Part shown: in pieces, positions 29,246 through 43,924 of the stretch
Layout of the letters: the number at the start of each line of letters is the position of its first letter
Position numbering within the stretch: the first letter of the stretch is position 1
Origin: Eledone cirrhosa
Lineage: Eukaryota
DNA: 50,002 nucleotides
Reading direction: 5' to 3'
Assembly (NCBI GenBank): GCA_964016885.1
Contig: CAXHJY010000925.1
Location: 1-50,002 of the forward strand
Made by a program: the position numbers and the translations under genes
Notes under the pieces: model-generated
Told to the model about the DNA's origin: nothing
Databases searched by the model: none
What the model saw: only the letters and a program-made list of their open reading frames with translations

Positions 29246-32204
29246 CTCATATGTATATACATACTCATATGTATACATACTCATATATATACGTGGAATA
29301 TATTCACTCATATACAGTACGATATATTTTTTGCATCCGTTCAATAGTTATAATCGGTATCATATAACGATGTTATGTAATACATTTTTGATCCACTGTT
29401 TGTGTCTTTGAATAATCATGTCGTAGTACGGAGTTAAAAGCTCAGCACGCCTGAAATAACATTTCACCAGACCCAGTATAATACGGTTATTATTTTGTCC
29501 ACATTAGTTTCCCCCTTAACCACTATTTCGAGAGAGACCTACCTACACTCAAATTGTAAATTATATATAATAGATAAAATCATTAATTTATATATAATAA
29601 ATAATATAATATATACTACGTATAAATAAATATATATTGTTTTATTTTACTATATTTATATATAATATGTATCATTTGATATTTAATATAATATTATATC
29701 ATATCTACCGACCCCACATCACCCCTTGGCCTCAGCACCCACTGGATCTTCTCAATGACTCGGGGTGGGGTGGGTGGATTTGATAGTCCACAATTTGAGA
29801 ACCTCTGTCGTATCTGACTAGCACAACTTGCCCAAACATGGCAGTCATTAATCGTTGTTCCGACCACTCCCTAGATAATCTTTTCAGAAGACATGGACTT
29901 CCCCGAAAGCTTAAAACATCGGATTGTAATAGATTCTTGTTTTAAAGCAGGAGTGAATGCCGATCAAATCACGGATCAGTGAACGAATTCCCGAGACGTA
30001 AAGATCAGCTCCAGAAAGTAGACAACTAGGACAAGTTTAGAAATAGCTAGAGTCAACTGTTATAGAGACGGAACTACTTTTACTGAACCGGAAAGATGAA
30101 AGGTTAATGAGTTCACTTAAGAAAATGTTAAGAGACAAGGCTGGATAACAATTTGTTAGAAACTATTACTTATGCTATTCATCGACCTCATATCATTGAT
30201 AATATTGATTTCTAAAACTAGTTCAAGACACACATATAAAAACACATATATACACACATACATATACATACATACATACAGTATGCATGTATGTATATAT
30301 GTGTGGATGCGTAATACCGGAGAAAATCGTAATGGCATCGTCTGAAGATATGTCTCCGGCAATTTATATCCAGTGAAGATCATCGGCTCTTTAGGTCTGA
30401 ACAGCAGAGTTCTTATAGGGAAGGAGGGAAGTGAGAATGGGATATAGGGGAAAATCAATTTCACTACTGACACACACACATATATATATATATATATTAT
30501 ATATATATATATATATATACATGTGTGTATGTGTGTGTGTGTATGTCTATGGTGTAGCGTAGGGTGTCTAATCCATGCCTGGCTCCCAAGAAACAGTCTA
30601 AGATTCCATTTGAGCAAAGAAGGAGGTTTACAAAGTCTGATTTGGGAATAAGTGTTCCTTATTTCACTTTCAGCACAAGTAGTCGCCAGAGCTCGCAGCA
30701 GAAACAGTAGAATTGTCCAAAGTTAAGAAATTGGGTGACTTTCGGGTTAATATGGAATTCAAAGAATATTCAGGCAGATCATCCGTCGAATTCGTAATGA
30801 GAAGCCCTCCTCCACATCTAATATCAAGAACGCGTTTGGTGTTTTTTCTTCATAGAACCTAGGCAAGATGGTAAGATAACATTCATGAGCTCGGCTAGAC
30901 TCCCTTGTGGATCCAGCCGGATCAATACGAGACGGCTGCATCTGACAGAGCCTGGTGAAACGCATGAATGAAGACTCTGTTCCGACATCCTTCATATGAA
31001 TAAATGGGCGTCGAAATTATGTATATATATATAGATACACATATGTATACCTATGTATATATCATTATATATGAATTCTCAACACTGTTCCAAAGGTCAT
31101 AGAGACCGTATATCTAGTTTTGCTGTTTATTTTTCAGACATTACTAAGATGGCCGACCTTATTTACACGAAACCCCGCCAAATCCAAGGGAGGTAATAGT
31201 GATATAACAAATTTGGAGTGTTTTAATGTAATTATAATTGTAATTGTTAAAGAGTCATTGTTGTTTCTTTTGTTTTTATATGGATTATTGTAGTAAATGA
31301 GTTTAGAATTCAAACAATACGTTTCTGACCTCCTCATAACACAACACAGTACTTACGTAAATCCATCCATCCATCTCTCCATACGAGCATGCATAAATAT
31401 ATATATGTATACAACCATTTCTTATATACACGTACATATGTATGGATAGATAGATAAATAGATAGATAGATAAATATACAGATTAATAGATAGATAAATT
31501 GATAGATAGATAGATAAATCGATAGATAGATAAGATTGCATAATGAGGTGAACGATAGTAGATATAATTAAAACCGGATAGATAGATGAACCGAATGCTG
31601 AAAGAAATATATAACCATGTAGGGAAAATGAAAGTGAACAAAATAAATGAATGTGTGTGAGAGAGAGAGAGAGGATATTCATATAGGTTCTACTTTTGGA
31701 AGATAGGTGGAGGGAATCAATTTACTCCTTAAGGCCCTAGTGCATAAAATCTATTAAGTGGATTAAAAGTACATTACGATAAAGTTGATTAAATATAACG
31801 AAATGTTCTGTTATCCGTTTAACTCGACTGCTTATCAAATTTTCATTAGATATTCGACAAAGTTTCTTCCAAACCTGTGTCAGTGTTTCTCTGTTTAAAT
31901 ACATGACTTGTGTATCTATCTATGTGTTTGATTGAGATGGAAGGAAATGAAAGGTGAGATAGTGTCAGGAAAATCATAGCGTAGTTTGAGAAGACAGTTT
32001 GGTGAAGTTGTGTCTTTAGTAAAAGACTTGAAGAAATGGTGTAATAACAAAGAGAGAAAAATGGAAAAAGCATAGACGTGTGTATACATATAGAGATAGC
32101 GGGTCACTGTGTACGTGTGTTTGTAAGATTCATTGCGAATAAGGATGAGTAGCGTCTGGTGATGTAGCATGTAAAAGAGAAGGGATGTATGACAAGCAGC
32201 CAGG

Positions 32205-32207
<3 letters not shown>

Positions 32208-32245
<38 letters not shown>

Positions 32246-32328
32246 CACACACATATATGTATATATATATGTATATATATATATGTATATAAATATGTAT
32301 ATATATATATATATATATATGTATATAA

Positions 32329-32374
<46 letters not shown>

Positions 32375-32970
32375 CTATATATGTATATATATATATGTAT
32401 ATATATCTATATATGTATATATATATATGTATATATCTATATCTATATATGTATATATATATATGTATATATCTATATCTATATATGTATATATATATGT
32501 ATATATATATATGTATATCTATATATGTATATGTATATATGTATATCTATATATGTATATATATATGTATATCTATATATCTATATATGTATATATATAT
32601 ATGTATATCTATATATCTATATATGTATATATATATATGTATATCTATATATCTATATATGTATATATATATATATATATGTATGTATATATATATATAT
32701 GTATACAGATATATATATATATATATTTGTATATGCATGCATGTATATATTAGCATTTATTATTATAGACAGGGAATACGGTGGCGTATATGTTTACATA
32801 TACGAATTGGTGGTGACATATCTATACACATGTATGTGTGAGTATATATTCAAGCATGTATATATATACATGCTTGAATACACGCACATATATATATATT
32901 GAATACAAATATATATATATATATATATATATATTGAATACATATATATATATATATATATATATATTGA

Positions 32971-33002
<32 letters not shown>

Positions 33003-33687
33003 TGAATACATATATATATTGAATACATATATATATATATATATATATTGAATACATATATATATATATATATATATTGAATACATATATATATATATAT
33101 TGAATACATATATATATATTGAATACATATATATATATATATTGAATACATATATATATATATCTTGAATACATATATATATATATATCTTGAATACATA
33201 TATATATATATATCTTGAATACATATATATATATATATCTTGAATACATATATATATATATATCTTGAATACATATATATATATATATCTTGAATACATA
33301 TATATATATATATTGAGTATATATATATATATTGAGTATATATATATATATTGAGTATATATATATATATTGAGTATATATATATATATTGAGTATATAT
33401 ATATATATTGAATACATATATATATATATATATTGAATACATATATCTATATATATATTGAATACATATATATATATATATTGAATACATATATATATAT
33501 ATATTGAATACATATATATATATATATATATTGAATACATATATATATATATTGAATACATATATATATATATATATTGAATACGTATATATATATATTG
33601 AATACATATATATATATATATTGAATACATATATATATATTGAATACATATATATATATATTGAATACATATATATATATATATATA
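32208..33687. repeat. (AT)n-based arrays; from 32873 the unit is ttgaatac(at)n
   Basis: Directly visible. Confidence 0.95.
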
Positions 33688-33708
33688 TTTATTAAAATAA
33701 CAGATTAA

Positions 33709-33759
33709 AGTTTAAGCAAAGAATCGCTGCTTTCACCCTTAACGGGATCTTCTGAAACT
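33709..33759 (-). ncRNA. Hammerhead-like motif with CAGAAGA core (family B)
   Basis: AGUUU CAGAAGA u CCC-guuaa-GGG u GAAA GCA-gcgauucuu-UGC UU| AAACU. Confidence 0.55.
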
Positions 33760-33997
33760 AAGAAAGTCAATCTGTAAACGCAGAACCTATGAGAACATTA
33801 GTCTACGACCTCTTTTATACCATAAACGTGGTTCTGTCTTTGCGCGTAATTGTTTTTCACCGCTCCTATTAATTATTCGTTTTTTCCCGTTCTTTGCCAG
33901 CGAACGTTTCCACGAACCAAAGTTTCGTCTTCCTGTCTTCCTCCGGTTGCAACGTTTTTTGAAATATCCAGTTCTGCGTTTACAGATTGACTTTGTT

Positions 33998-34048
33998 AGT
34001 TCCAGAAGATCCCGTTAAGGGTGAAAGCAGCGATGCTTTGCTTAAACT
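33998..34048 (+). ncRNA. Hammerhead-like motif with CAGAAGA core (family B), one stem I mismatch
   Basis: AGUUc CAGAAGA uCCCguuaaGGGu GAAAGCA...UGCUU AAACU. Confidence 0.5.
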
Positions 34049-34159
34049 TTAATCTGTTATTTTAATAAATATTTGCTCTACGGTTCTTATATATTTGATA
34101 TATATTTATCCTTATCGAGCCCTCTTTGGATTTTAGTCTTCAAATTTATTATTATTACT

Positions 34160-35241
34160 ATATATATATATATATATATATAGAATACACACATATATAT
34201 ATATAGAATACATATATATATATATATATAGAATACATATATATATATATAATAGAATACATATATATATATATATATAGAATACATATATATATATATA
34301 TATAGAATACATATATATATATATATAGAATACATATATATATATATAGAATACATATATATATATATAGAATACATATATATATATATATATAGAATAC
34401 ATATATATATATATATATAGAATACATATATATATATATATATAGAATACATATATATATATATATATAGAATACATATATATATATATATATAGAATAC
34501 ATATATATATATATATAGAATACATATATATATATATATAGAATACATATATATATAGAATACATATATATATATATATATAGAATACATATATATATAT
34601 ATATATAGAATACATATATATATATATAGAATACATATATATATATATATATAGAATACATATATATATATATAGAATACATATATATATATATATATAG
34701 AATACATATATATATATATATATAGAATACATATATATATATATAGAATACATATATATATATATAGAATACATATATATATATATAGAATATATATATA
34801 TATATATATATAGAATATATATATATATATATATATAGAATACATATATATATATATAGAATACATATATATATATATATAGAATATATATATATATATA
34901 TATATAGAATACATATATATATATATATATATAGAATACATATATATATATATATATATAGAATACATATATATATATATATATAGAATACATATATATA
35001 TATATATATAGAATACATATATATATATATATATAGAATACATATATATATATATATATATATAGAATACATATATATATATATATATATATAGAATACA
35101 TATATATATATATAGAATACATATATATATATATATATAGAATACATATATATATATATATATATATAGAATACATATATATATATATAGAATACATATA
35201 TATATATATATATAGAATACATATATATATATATATATAGA

Positions 35242-35288
<47 letters not shown>

Positions 35289-35365
35289 ACATATATATAT
35301 ATATATATAGAATACATATATATATATATATATAGAATACATATATATATATATATATAGAATAC

Positions 35366-35395
<30 letters not shown>
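34160..35395. repeat. Array of agaatac(at)n units
   Basis: Directly visible. Confidence 0.96.
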
Positions 35396-35396
<1 letters not shown>

Positions 35397-35478
35397 AAAC
35401 GAGAGATAATGTAAAAAAGTTACGTGGGGAATATTTATGTCATACATAACTATGATAAATGATAGATCAGGAAAGGTG

Positions 35479-35520
<42 letters not shown>

Positions 35521-36609
35521 AGGAAAACGGGTGTACTAGGGATAGAATATGAAATAGTGACAATACATACAACCACAATGTCAATCCAACAAGGAACGCC
35601 TTCAAAGAAATGTATGCATTTAATACTGTAGTTGTAGAAAAGGAAATTTGGTGATAAATAAAGTATGTTTATTGGCGTGCCACCTTTGGATAATGGCGCA
35701 AAGTCGATGAGTGTGACTTAGGGTTAAACATGGTCAGTTTAATATCAACCACTGTCGTGTGAAAAATTGTATATATTCTGAAAGGAGAAATTATGTTGAC
35801 TGAGCCCTAACATATACTTAAGAGCCTGAGGATAGAGAATTATACAGCCAGTTCTTTTACATTATTCTTTCAAGGATCACTTAATAATAGTTGTAAGGAG
35901 AAAACAGTGTTGATGAAAAGATTTCCGTTTGACTTCCTTGGGGACGGAGAAGGAGAGATAGCGATATTTTATAGAAATGTTATACCGAGTTTTGATATAT
36001 GTGACAGTAAATGTAAAATGCATTAATTTCCTTTAAACGTAAATATCACAAATCACAACTCTCAAATGACTGTGAACGAGAAAGGATATGAACAAATAAG
36101 AAGAAATTTGTAAATAAGTTCTACACGTTGATTACACTGGTCAATCGGAGATGGCTTGGACTCAATCACAGCAATGCATTGGGCGGAGTGGGGGCGGGGG
36201 ATAGGCAAACATCTCACTTATAGTGATTCTTCTGTGTTTGGATAATGAGGTAATCAATTTATTTAAATATTTAGTTGAGGGGGAAGTATCGTATCTGTGT
36301 TCGTTTTCGGCGTTAAGAAGAAGGAGTAATGTTTTCTGAGGCATGCTGATATTACTTATAACAGATCGGACTTTGCCGAAAGAATTCAACTATGAGGCCG
36401 TGGTTTTAAGCTGGGCGTCAATTAAATCTACCTTAGAACTAAATTACATCGGGGTTTAAATTTAGAATACATGGAACAGGAACTAATATGTGTAGGGATA
36501 TCGTCCGCCACTAACAATCTACCAACCCATCAAACTAGACTGGTTTTGTATTTTATCCACTCAGAAAAACTAATATACAAAGATGGCTGCGATGGTATTT
36601 GAATAAATA

Positions 36610-36812
36610 ATGGTTTCTGTTTTAGGCACAATGCCACCAATTTTGAGGGAGGGTAAGGTCTATCAAATTTACCCCTGTGCGTTACTGTTTCTTTATTTTA
36701 TCCACCCCGTAAGTATGTAACGCAAAGCTAGACTCGGTGGGATTTGTACTCTGAACGTAAAATGCCGTAGCTATGTTGTCTGATGCTCTACCGATACCGC
36801 CAATCGTCTACC
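36610..36812 (-). mobile_element. tRNA-derived SINE, decayed
   Basis: ggcacaatgccaccaattttgagg...ttattttatccaccccgtaag...ctcggtgggatttgtactctgaacgtaaa. Confidence 0.72.
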
Positions 36813-37544
36813 CTTCAATACTTTGGCTAGTAGACTATGGCTATGTTGTAAAGTGACGGCATCCGACGGCTGAGCTCTTGCCGTTTCAACAGGTGGCCCC
36901 TACTCTGTGTATATATATATATAGCATATATCACTTCCTGTAATGTTAGGGGGGAAATGTGTTCACCACAACCATACGACATTATCATTATGTGAAACTA
37001 TATGTAAAGTAATCCTTTCTTGAACGTAGTCATTTTATTTATGGTTTCTGTTTCCACTTCTATTCATTCTAAAATAGAACATACAAAACTTGAAATATTG
37101 GAAACATTTTCTCCAGAGTGAGTCTCTCTCTCTCTCTCTCTTCAACAGTACTCATTGTATGGCTTTCTAATTTATATAATTATACATACATAATGTTAGA
37201 TATAAGCATGTATCTGATAGAGATAAGCTCAGGAAGCACTCACAGAAACGGATAAACACACGAACACACACGAATATTATCTGTAAAATCCACTTACAAC
37301 TACACCACCAAACATGAGAAAAATTATAGACAAATGTGCGAAGTAATACGAAGAATAAGAGAGAAAAAATACACGATACCACCGACTTAAGTATCGTTCA
37401 ATAATTACAAAGGAGGACCAAGTTGACTAAAATATAAGAAGATCGACCAAATATTTCGAGCAATCTAATTGTTAAAAGTGACAGCGATCTCACAAACATC
37501 AATGGTCAATTCAAACAGTGGGACAATAGATGGTGGTTTAATTT

Positions 37545-37820
<276 letters not shown>

Positions 37821-37913
37821 ATAAAAGTTATTCCGGGTTGAATGGGGGTAACCACAGTAAGTAAGGTGCTCAATGCATAGCAGAATGAAACAGTTCTAGT
37901 CCTGTAGAAGCCC

Positions 37914-37963
<50 letters not shown>

Positions 37964-38395
37964 TATATATGCGATTTCATACGGCGGTCTCACAGCCCTA
38001 GAAAAGGCTATTTTACTGATTCCTTAATTTTGAGGCAACTTCACCATCTATTTTGATGGGTTCGACTCAATCAAGCTTTTAAGTCCTGTTAAGAAGCGAG
38101 GTGTGTGTTTCCGGTCACTCCGAGGACTGTGAAGCTTCTCTGAACATCCTGACCTTTCTTCAAATTGGCTACAACACTAAAAACACAAGATTTGCCGAAC
38201 TTTGTGGCTCTAACAAACACCCAATACTTTTGCCGACCTGGAGTATCTGGGTAATTGTACTTCTATAGTTTAAGTCTTTATTAACATTCATAATTTGTTC
38301 AAACTGAAATTTAAAAGTGTACAAATGATTATTCTGGCTGGTATTCATACAATAAGAAAATATAGCCATCTGAAACTTGTCCCAATTTACCTGTT

Positions 38396-38472
<77 letters not shown>

Positions 38473-38869
38473 TAAATATAAAATTGCTTCCGTTCACAAT
38501 TCCTGAGCGTTGTACAGTTACTGTGCAGAACTAAAAATGAAGAGGAAGTTCACATCAAAGTTGTAGTGTTTGACAGAAATCGGGTCATGTAGTTCAATCA
38601 ATCAAATCAGGTGTTCCCTTTTCTTGAAAAAGTTCGAATATAATCTCAATAGAATGGTAATTGGCACTTTCTAACTCTCTTTCTATCTGTCTGTCTAGCT
38701 GTCAATATGCCGTATCACTGTCTGTCAGTATGTCTCTCTGTCAGTCAGCCTGTATATCTTTCTCCCCGTATATATATATATATAAATATATGTGTGCGTA
38801 TGTGTGGATTAGCTTGTACATGTATACACACACACATACACACACACACACATATATGTATGTGTGTAT

Positions 38870-38900
<31 letters not shown>

Positions 38901-39815
38901 AGTCTGTCGATGTGATTGTGATTGTAACTATGTCTGTGTGTAAGCGTTAATGTGTGTGTATACATTTATGTATATATGAGTGTATATATTGTGTATGTTT
39001 ATAATCGTATTTATGTTTACATCTAAATTAAATCCCAAGAAAAGATTTACTAGACTTTTTACACATACAGAACGTTCCTTACAAATTCATTTTTATATTC
39101 AAAGGAATCAACGAAAGTACACTACAGACAGTTTCCTTGGAACAACTATCTTCTTATCCCCTTATTACACGGTCTGTTGTAAAGTGTAGTAATCTCAGTG
39201 CAGGCATTAATAAGTGACATTAATTTATGAAAGTGTCCTACACGATACTAAGAATATCTTGACGAGATTTAAATGCGACCTTGAAGTCTGTTTGCTTGTA
39301 GTAAACAAGTTACCCACTCACATATACTTATGCACACAGCCACACGCAGAAATACGAACATCGACGCATATTTTAATAGACACAAGAACTCTGTGATATA
39401 TAGGCACATAAAATGTTTGTAAAGTGCCAAATTTAACGACATTACAATCAATATTTAAATGAATTTTGAAAGCATAAGGCACGCGCTTACATTCATCCAT
39501 ACACCCGAAAACAGGCAGCTAACTTTTATACACATATACGTTAACACACACACTTGCGATCGCTGTTCAGACTGACATGTACGCACATAATAAACAGTAT
39601 GTATATATATATATATATATATATATACAGATAGAGAAATATGTATGTACGTGTGTGGTGGTACAGCGCTACTGAGGCACATACACAGGTATAAACGTAC
39701 TGTATACACCAACGCACATCTACACATATACATGCATAAACACACTAACATATTTGCACACACCCAGGCATATATATATATACATACATGCTGGCATATA
39801 TACAAAGTGTATTGA

Positions 39816-39866
39816 TAGAATCCATTAATGGAACTGTGAAAATCAGTAAGACCTTTCTGAAATTCA
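39816..39866 (+). mobile_element. Short fragment of the R4/Dong-like ORF C-terminus
   Basis: tagaatccattaatggaactgtgaaaatcagtaagacctttc (ESINGTVKISKTFLKF) matches the reverse complement of about 26545-26591. Confidence 0.65.
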
Positions 39867-39960
39867 TCGGATTTTAACAGCTTCAATATCGACATTAGTA
39901 CTCTAGCAAAAGACGCCAGCCACTGAATGTCGATCAGTGGCAGATTCTAATCTTCTTGCA

Positions 39961-39998
<38 letters not shown>

Positions 39999-40156
39999 TA
40001 TATGTCTGTCTGTATATATACATTTAAATATATATATATATATATTTAAAGGTTAAACAAGGTTCAATGAATAAATCAAAGAATGAGTTTTACAATAGAT
40101 TGGAAGCACTCAACTGATCGTTTTTCGGAGTTATTAATATTAATTCAAAATATTAC

Positions 40157-40223
<67 letters not shown>

Positions 40224-40338
40224 TATCTATCTATGTATATATTATATGTATGTATATATATATATATATCATATGTATATATTATATGTATATATATATA
40301 TATATATATATCATATGTATCTATGTATATATTATATG

Positions 40339-40387
<49 letters not shown>

Positions 40388-40502
40388 GTAATATTGTAGA
40401 ACAATAAAACTATGCATATATCAGATAAGTAGCACTCAACAGTTATGTAGGCTGGACACTTGCTTGTTCACAAGTGTTTTTAGGCCTCGTATCATGTTAC
40501 CT

Positions 40503-40572
40503 TATTTTATCTGATGAGAACACAATTTTTGTCCCAGGATGATGTTGTTTTCGAAATGAGCATAATAAAATA
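40503..40572 (+). ncRNA. Type I hammerhead ribozyme with canonical core
   Basis: UAUUUUAU CUGAUGA GAAcACAA...UUGUuUUC GAAA UG-ag-CA UA| AUAAAAUA: perfect 8-bp stem I, G10.1-C11.1, AUA triplet. Confidence 0.85.
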
Positions 40573-40990
40573 TATGGATCTTTTTTAATCATCTTTTAAT
40601 TTCTTTATATATATTTATATATATATACATATATACATTTCGTTTTTCCATTCTTTCTCTCTTCCAGGTACTCTCTATCTCAATTTGCTTTTCCGTATTG
40701 ACATGTAGTAATACTCTCACTTCCATAGAAACACACACACACATATATATATATAATACATATATGCTCGTAAAAGCACACATGTACTCACACAGACACT
40801 CACATATAAATGATGGGAAACTAACAACATGCATCGATTATTTATGCAATTAAATGCAGAAATTACCTGATAATTTTAACTAGAGTGGAATTATATATAT
40901 TCCGAATTATTCTGTCATGATTCATTACTCAGAGTTTTACCTTATATTTTCACCAATCGCTTGAACTCCTCGTGTATACATATATGTATA

Positions 40991-41822
40991 TATATGAAAG
41001 ACGTAAAATAAGAAAATTATAATAATTAACTTACTTACTTAAGTTTCACTCCAAGTAATTAGTTTCTGAAAGGGGATATACATAGTGTTCAAAGCTATGG
41101 TGAATTTCTTTCTTCATTAGTGAGTCAATTCTCTGCTAAGATCCCAGGCGATAGGCGGACACAGAAATCTCAAACAAAAATAATTCAGTGAATGGAAAAG
41201 AAGCAAGCGCGGACTAAATTTCAAGACACTGAAAATTTCACTACCTCCCCGGTCAGTGGCAAATTCAAAAGAATCAATCTATGAATCAAAGCAATAATTC
41301 AGGCGAATTTTTGCTCAACAAATAATTTGGAGATAATTATAAAGAATTAGTATTATTGCTATGATTTATAGTAGTATTTTGGCTACTGTCTTTTTAACAC
41401 CCACCCCTCACTGATTAACCTCGATGTCACGTGATTGATTCTTTTGAATTTGCAACTGACCGGGAAGGTAGTGAAATTTTCAGTGTCTTGAAATTTAGTC
41501 CGCGCTTGCTTCTTTTCCATTCACTGAATTATTTTTGTTTGACATCCCTGTGTCCGCCTATCGCCTGGGATCTTAGCAGAGAATTGACTCCCTGATAAAG
41601 AAAGGAATAGCTTTGAACACTATGTATATCCCCTTTCAGAAACTAATTAATTGGAGTGAAACATAAGTAAGTTAATTATTATAATTTTCTTATTTTACGT
41701 CTTTCATATAATTGTTCTACATTTTTGTATTGAACCACAAAGTTACTAACACAAAACCTATATCTTGCTAGCATAAGTATACTTCTGTATAAATATGTTG
41801 GTAGATATACTAATTCTTTATA
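40991..41822 (+). mobile_element. Large fold-back PLE-type element family D (about 285-bp arms) with decayed hammerheads
   Basis: 40991-41279 is inverted to 41433-41710, with an unpaired tail to about 41822; (AT)n-like flanks. Confidence 0.85.
41587..41657 (+). ncRNA. Decayed hammerhead (family D); partner copy at 41048-41125 on the minus strand
   Basis: ACUCC CUGAUaA a GAAAGG...CCUUUC a GAAAC-uaauua-a-UU| GGAGU; the other arm has CUaAUGA. Confidence 0.62.
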
Positions 41823-43869
41823 TGTATATATATATATATTTGTATGTGTGTGAGTTGAAATTCATAGAAAAATGTAAAAATTCTCGAAAGTAGAAAATAA
41901 CTGTGAACACCGTCGATTGCTATAAATAAAAAAGCTTCGAATATCGAGGAAAGTACCCCCACAGATGAATAAACTGACAAACAAGCGCAACAAAGACTGG
42001 AACTATATACCCCTCAAATAAAATTGTGAATGTCTGTTTCTCTAAAATACTTTAAGATATTTTTATTCCGATATCGGCCTTTGCGAAAGTGACACAATAT
42101 TTGGTAATTTTATGGCGACCAGTCATACTTCCACTGACAAACTGGAACTAGCTGCTATTTTCAATAATAGCGTACTGCTCACATATCCATACGAATCAAT
42201 ATTGTCAATGGTTCTATCTGTCTGTCTGTCTGTCTCATATTAACAGAACTTAGAAGTAATTATTGATTATACCCATGAGGGAACAATGTTGAAATGAAAT
42301 ACTCAAAGAATTTGCGTTTGTTTCTCTTTTTTTTTTTCGTTCTGGCAATTCTTCCATGCAGCTGCAAGAATTTGTAAATAGTATCTCTGACCATGAAGAT
42401 ATTTGATATCTTAAACAATTGGCAGAAAACTAAGAAAAACCCCGTGCAATCCACCCACACTATAGATTTAATAGTATTGATTTATAAAATGGGTGTAACA
42501 CCTTAAATATTAGTAATGGTTTGAGTGTTACAATTTTTATCTTTACATCTCACCTTTAACTTGGTTTATCGACCCCCCAGGAGCGTTAAAGGTAAACTCA
42601 ATCTCAGAGGGATTTGAAACGAAAATATAAAGGGAAGTAGTAGCGAAATATCACATAACATTATATCCGACAGTCTATCGTTTCTGCCAACCCGACGATG
42701 AATTTTAAACGATAGTAATATTATTTTTACTATAAGCACAAGGCCAGCAGGTCTCCTGTGTTGAGGAAGTGATGTGATTTCAGAAAGAATCTCCCTGCCT
42801 TAGTGACAATAGAATGTTCTCCAATTGACTACAGATTTCCAGGTTAGTCTTTCCAACACTCTTCAATTCTACAACAGTGTTCGTCATACGTCAAAAGAAA
42901 CAATAACTGCAGTAGTAATGATTATTTAGAGGAATGCAGTTAATAATATCAAGTATTTGACCTTTCATGGTCAGAGGGGGATTAACCTTATTAACATCAA
43001 AACATCAATTAGAATCAACTCAGTAAGTACACATAGTGGTCATTAATAATCGAACATATGCGACATTCCAAATTTACTGCCAATACTGCGATCACTGCGA
43101 TCACTGCCACCAATAGTTGAGTTACGAAAATCTTACAAAATTCTATTATTATAAAAATATGAAACGACTCGTTATATCTACAAGCGTAAACCACAGGCGC
43201 ACGCGAAATGATTCAAAGCTGGTATTTGACAATGGTAAGTTCTTTTTCCGTCTTTTTATAAGGAATTTTATGGCACCTACTATCGCACGACCATACCACT
43301 TGCCCCCCTCTCTCTATCTCTCTCTCTATATATATACATATTCGCACAATAAATCATCTTCATATTTTTTCAGTAATCATCTCTCTCTCTTATGCAAATG
43401 AATACATATTTGCACCAGTTTACGGCCAGCATTCTTCCAGTTTCGAATGTCTCATCTTATCTCCATACATTCCCCGTCGTTCCCCACTTTTGTCTATCTT
43501 CTCAAAGATATTCTACTTGAGGACATTTTACTGCTTTCAATCTTCTGTCTGGCGATGCAACACCACTCATTCCCAACTCATCTTACTACTACTACTTCTA
43601 TTACTAATACTACCACTAAGAAGTTTGTCCAATGTCCGCCGTCATATAATTCTAATATCAGCTTTGAAGACACCAAACTATATTTGTGTTTGTATTCTTT
43701 ACAGCTAAATTGCTATTATTAAGCTGAAATATTGCTTTTTTTCCTTCTCTCAGCGTTGAAAATACTTTGCATTTCCAGACACGTTTTTCTCTTATTTATC
43801 AGCAAACACTTACACAGCCGATAAATCACATATACACAGAATTGGTGGATTGTTTGACAAGAATGTCTT

Positions 43870-43924
<55 letters not shown>

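Larger units (their letters stand above)
33686..34160 (+). mobile_element. Fold-back PLE-type element family B with variant hammerheads in both arms
   Basis: 33686-33786 is inverted to 33971-34072; 33952-34160 is near-identical to 45368-45570; flanked by (AT)n. Confidence 0.82.

Noticed and set aside
30930-30980. ctgacagagcctggtgaaacgcatg hammerhead-like string in an unclassified GC-richer segment (30557-31000)
   Set aside because: Core has an extra base, there is no NUH triplet, and stem I is weak.
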